Below, in pieces: positions 61,672-64,000 of a DNA stretch of 64,000 bases. The first letter of the stretch is position 1; every line of letters starts with the position of its first letter. Where the stretch lies: contig CP000067.1 of the NCBI GenBank assembly GCA_000002445.1, positions 928,001-992,000 on the forward strand, written 5' to 3'. The position numbers were made by a program, and so were the translations under genes. A model generated the notes under the pieces. The model searched no databases. It had not been told where the DNA came from and was given only the letters and a program-made list of their open reading frames with translations. Source of the DNA: Trypanosoma brucei (lineage: Eukaryota).

Positions 61672-62551
61672 TGTTAGCACTACAAATAAATATGCCTCAT
61701 ATTATGCACTCGTATGTACAGTCGCAGTGTGCTTTAGTCCCCGCGTCTCGGTGTGGGAGCATCTTTTTGTCTCCTTTTTCTTTCCTCTTCCTTCTACATT
61801 AAAGCCGCCACCGACTGCCGGTCATGTCACGCACACAAATTCGCGGCGAACTGATGTTAAGTAATGTGTGAGCCCCTCCTCATCTCCAAAAGTCAAAAAC
61901 AAAAGACTAAAAAACTAAACTACAAGAGAGAACCACCACCCACAAATCTTTTCAGCAATGTTCCGTTATCGTTTTATGTAAGCTCCCTTCTTCTCTTCAC
62001 TTTTATCCGTAAGTGCACGTCCCGGTTCCCTTTCGCTTTCCCGGTAAACTTCATGTCCCAAAGGGAAATATTTTGGCAGCACTCCACGTGAATAATACAT
62101 GTAATTACGCATCATAACAACGACATGATAATGATAACAATATCAACTACGACATGAACTGCGGGGATGTGAATACATTGAGGTCTTAAGGGTACTTTTC
62201 TTGAACACTTAACCCTACAAACAGAGGCCAAGTAAATATGTTAACACCAGAACAACTTCAAGGAGCCCCCCCCCAAAAAAAAATAAGAAAAAATAGAGAA
62301 AGAGAAGAGAAAAAAAAAGATATATATATGCGAGGTAGCACCCAAATCGAACGAGACCAAACAAAAAAAAATTACCTTTGTGCGGGTATGTAACAAAAAC
62401 ATTAATAGTTGTTTGCGCGCTAACAGTTTTACGTTATCCCCCGTGTTTACCCTGTAGCGACATCACGGCTCTCGTGTTTCTTTGTTTCCTTTCTTCTTTC
62501 CTTACTTCTGCTTTCTTTCTTTTTTTTTCCTTCCTCTTCTTCTTCCCTTCT

Positions 62552-63949
62552 CTACAGCGGAATGACCGACTGCTTCGTGCGAGGGTCTCTTGAGCGGTAC
62601 ATGAGGACATACGCAATGTGGGCTTCACCTGAACCCCGAAGTCGCTTCACATCCTCCTCCGAAACCGCTGCCGTGTTACTGTCATCCAACACCATCCATT
62701 GATCCGCGTATTTTCCCCAAAACACGTAATGCCCGCTGTCCGCGCTACGCCCCTTGTGAGATATAACACCACATAATTCATAATAACCGCTGTGATTCCC
62801 TACGGTAGTGTTGATTGGTTCCGCAGTGTTGGAGGCATCTTCCGCAGGTGCCGCTTCGTCATCATCCAACTTTGTTTTATTCTTTGCGGCTCGGCGACGC
62901 TCCATTTCAATATCCCGCCGCTTTAACACTCGCTTTCGCTCCACCTCCAGTTCAGGTTTGTACTCCTCCGCGCATAGCGCATGAAGGTCAAGCGTCATTG
63001 GGAAGGTAACGGGCTTCAAAATCTTTGCCTTGCTTTGAATGTCTGACCTCCAAGAGAAGCGAACCATGTGTATGAAAAGATACTCGGGCATTGCAGCGAT
63101 ACGACTGGTCCGAGTGTGAAGGGCCTCGCGCGCAAGTTTCTCCGAGTGGAGTTTAACCGTTTCATTGAAGGCCGCTTCAAGACCAGCCTCTAAAGTTTCA
63201 ATTTCTGCGTCAATATTGCACGAAAGCATGAGAAATGGGACATCATGCAATACGGGTTGGTCATCAGGATCATCCTTGCAGACCATTTTTTGCGATAGAT
63301 TTCCGGTGAAGAGTCGCTTATGTGACTCTGGTAGGCAACTGTTAATACGTTGGAGTAAGGCGTTAAGGGCCTCTTGCGAATCATGTTGCATTGGGTGACC
63401 CTTTTCATTAACTTCAGCAAATGTGGGGAAATGGGCCAACAAAATGGACCAAAGAGATGCCGGTACAACTGGATCACGTTTAGTGTCCATCGTGTTGTAG
63501 AGCTTCAGAAGTTCGCTCACTATTGGGTCATTCGCATTGAAGTTAAGTACGTCGCGCACTTCAGGAACTAATCGCAGCATTTGCACGGCTGCATTCATGT
63601 AACATGTATTCGCAATGTTTTGCAGACCGACCGCCTGTTTTTCTGCAGGATGGGAAGCAGGTGCTTGCACTGCCGAATCCTTGTTCCCAGTAGCCACAAT
63701 CGGCGTTGCTCTTACAACCTCAGCAGCGGTGCCGATGAGCATTAGCGTTTTTCCGGCCGCTACGCCAGCCGCTTCTAACGTTACCTCGTTATCATTGCAC
63801 TGAGAGGCTTTTACTCCCATAATCTTTTGACGCTCCACTGGTACCGATGTGAGTTGCTGCAACTGCTCCTTGAAACACTTAACGGTGCTTCTGAGGTCCA
63901 CCGTAAGTTCAAATGTTTCTCTACCCCATTTCACTTTAACAGGAACCAT
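62552..63949 (-). CDS. Ubiquitin carboxyl-terminal hydrolase, USP14/Ubp6-type (N-terminal ubiquitin-like domain plus USP domain)
   Basis: The N-terminal ubiquitin-like (UBL) domain is 'VPVKVKWGRETFELTVDLRSTVKCFKEQLQQLTSVPVERQKIMG'. The Cys box is 'GLQNIANTCYMNAAVQ' and the His box is 'SGHYVFW...YVLMY'. The 465-aa length fits the proteasome-associated Ubp6/USP14 family. Confidence 0.8.
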   Translation of the reverse strand: MVPVKVKWGRETFELTVDLRSTVKCFKEQLQQLTSVPVERQKIMGVKASQCNDNEVTLEAAGVAAGKTLMLIGTAAEVVRATPIVATGNKDSAVQAPASHPAEKQAVGLQNIANTCYMNAAVQMLRLVPEVRDVLNFNANDPIVSELLKLYNTMDTKRDPVVPASLWSILLAHFPTFAEVNEKGHPMQHDSQEALNALLQRINSCLPESHKRLFTGNLSQKMVCKDDPDDQPVLHDVPFLMLSCNIDAEIETLEAGLEAAFNETVKLHSEKLAREALHTRTSRIAAMPEYLFIHMVRFSWRSDIQSKAKILKPVTFPMTLDLHALCAEEYKPELEVERKRVLKRRDIEMERRRAAKNKTKLDDDEAAPAEDASNTAEPINTTVGNHSGYYELCGVISHKGRSADSGHYVFWGKYADQWMVLDDSNTAAVSEEDVKRLRGSGEAHIAYVLMYRSRDPRTKQSVIPL

Positions 63950-64000
63950 TCTGCAACTTATTTTATTTTGTTTACTTGCACTTGTTTTTCTTTTTCTTTT

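Noticed and set aside
1-64000. CRISPR arrays, telomeric TTAGGG repeats, rRNA, spliced-leader or tRNA genes
   Set aside because: I searched by eye for TTAGGG/CCCTAA runs, tRNA T-loop boxes (GGTTCGA.TCC) and rRNA-like conserved blocks. I found nothing convincing. CRISPR is not expected in a eukaryotic genome.

Overview
The window looks like a trypanosomatid nuclear chromosome segment, most likely an African trypanosome of the T. brucei group. The evidence is intron-less ORFs packed on one strand in polycistronic blocks, AT-rich microsatellite-laden intergenic DNA with polypyrimidine tracts, and a receptor-type adenylate cyclase of GRESAG4/ESAG4 architecture. The layout runs as follows.

- **1-17122:** a minus-strand gene block. 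It carries a PP2C-like phosphatase, a Noc4/CBF-like protein, a zinc-finger protein, several hypotheticals, and a 1692-aa coiled-coil protein whose centre is about 37 tandem 42-bp (14-aa) repeats.
- **17.2-45.2 kb:** a 28-kb gene-free divergent strand-switch region.
- **45266-49090:** a lone plus-strand receptor adenylate cyclase.
- **49.1-53.6 kb:** a convergent strand-switch region that is GC-rich with long G-tracts.
- **53586-63949:** a second minus-strand block with an N-rich hypothetical, a Ser/Thr protein kinase, a small membrane protein and a USP14/Ubp6-type deubiquitinase.

The standout structure lies in the gene-free region. About 24 head-to-tail copies of a 147-bp satellite (26200-29765) sit exactly in the middle of a near-perfect 10.6-kb palindrome centred at 27989. 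The two roughly 3.5-kb inverted arms (22680-26200 and 29765-33300) are about 98-99% identical. Each arm carries a decayed non-LTR retrotransposon reverse-transcriptase remnant (ingi/DIRE-like), and both copies point toward the array. This arrangement is the classical signature of a trypanosome regional centromere. A second inverted-repeat pair of about 200 bp brackets 3.9 kb immediately upstream of the adenylate cyclase.

I recognised no rRNA or tRNA, and found no CRISPR or telomeric repeats. Several long ORFs in the track are repeat artefacts.
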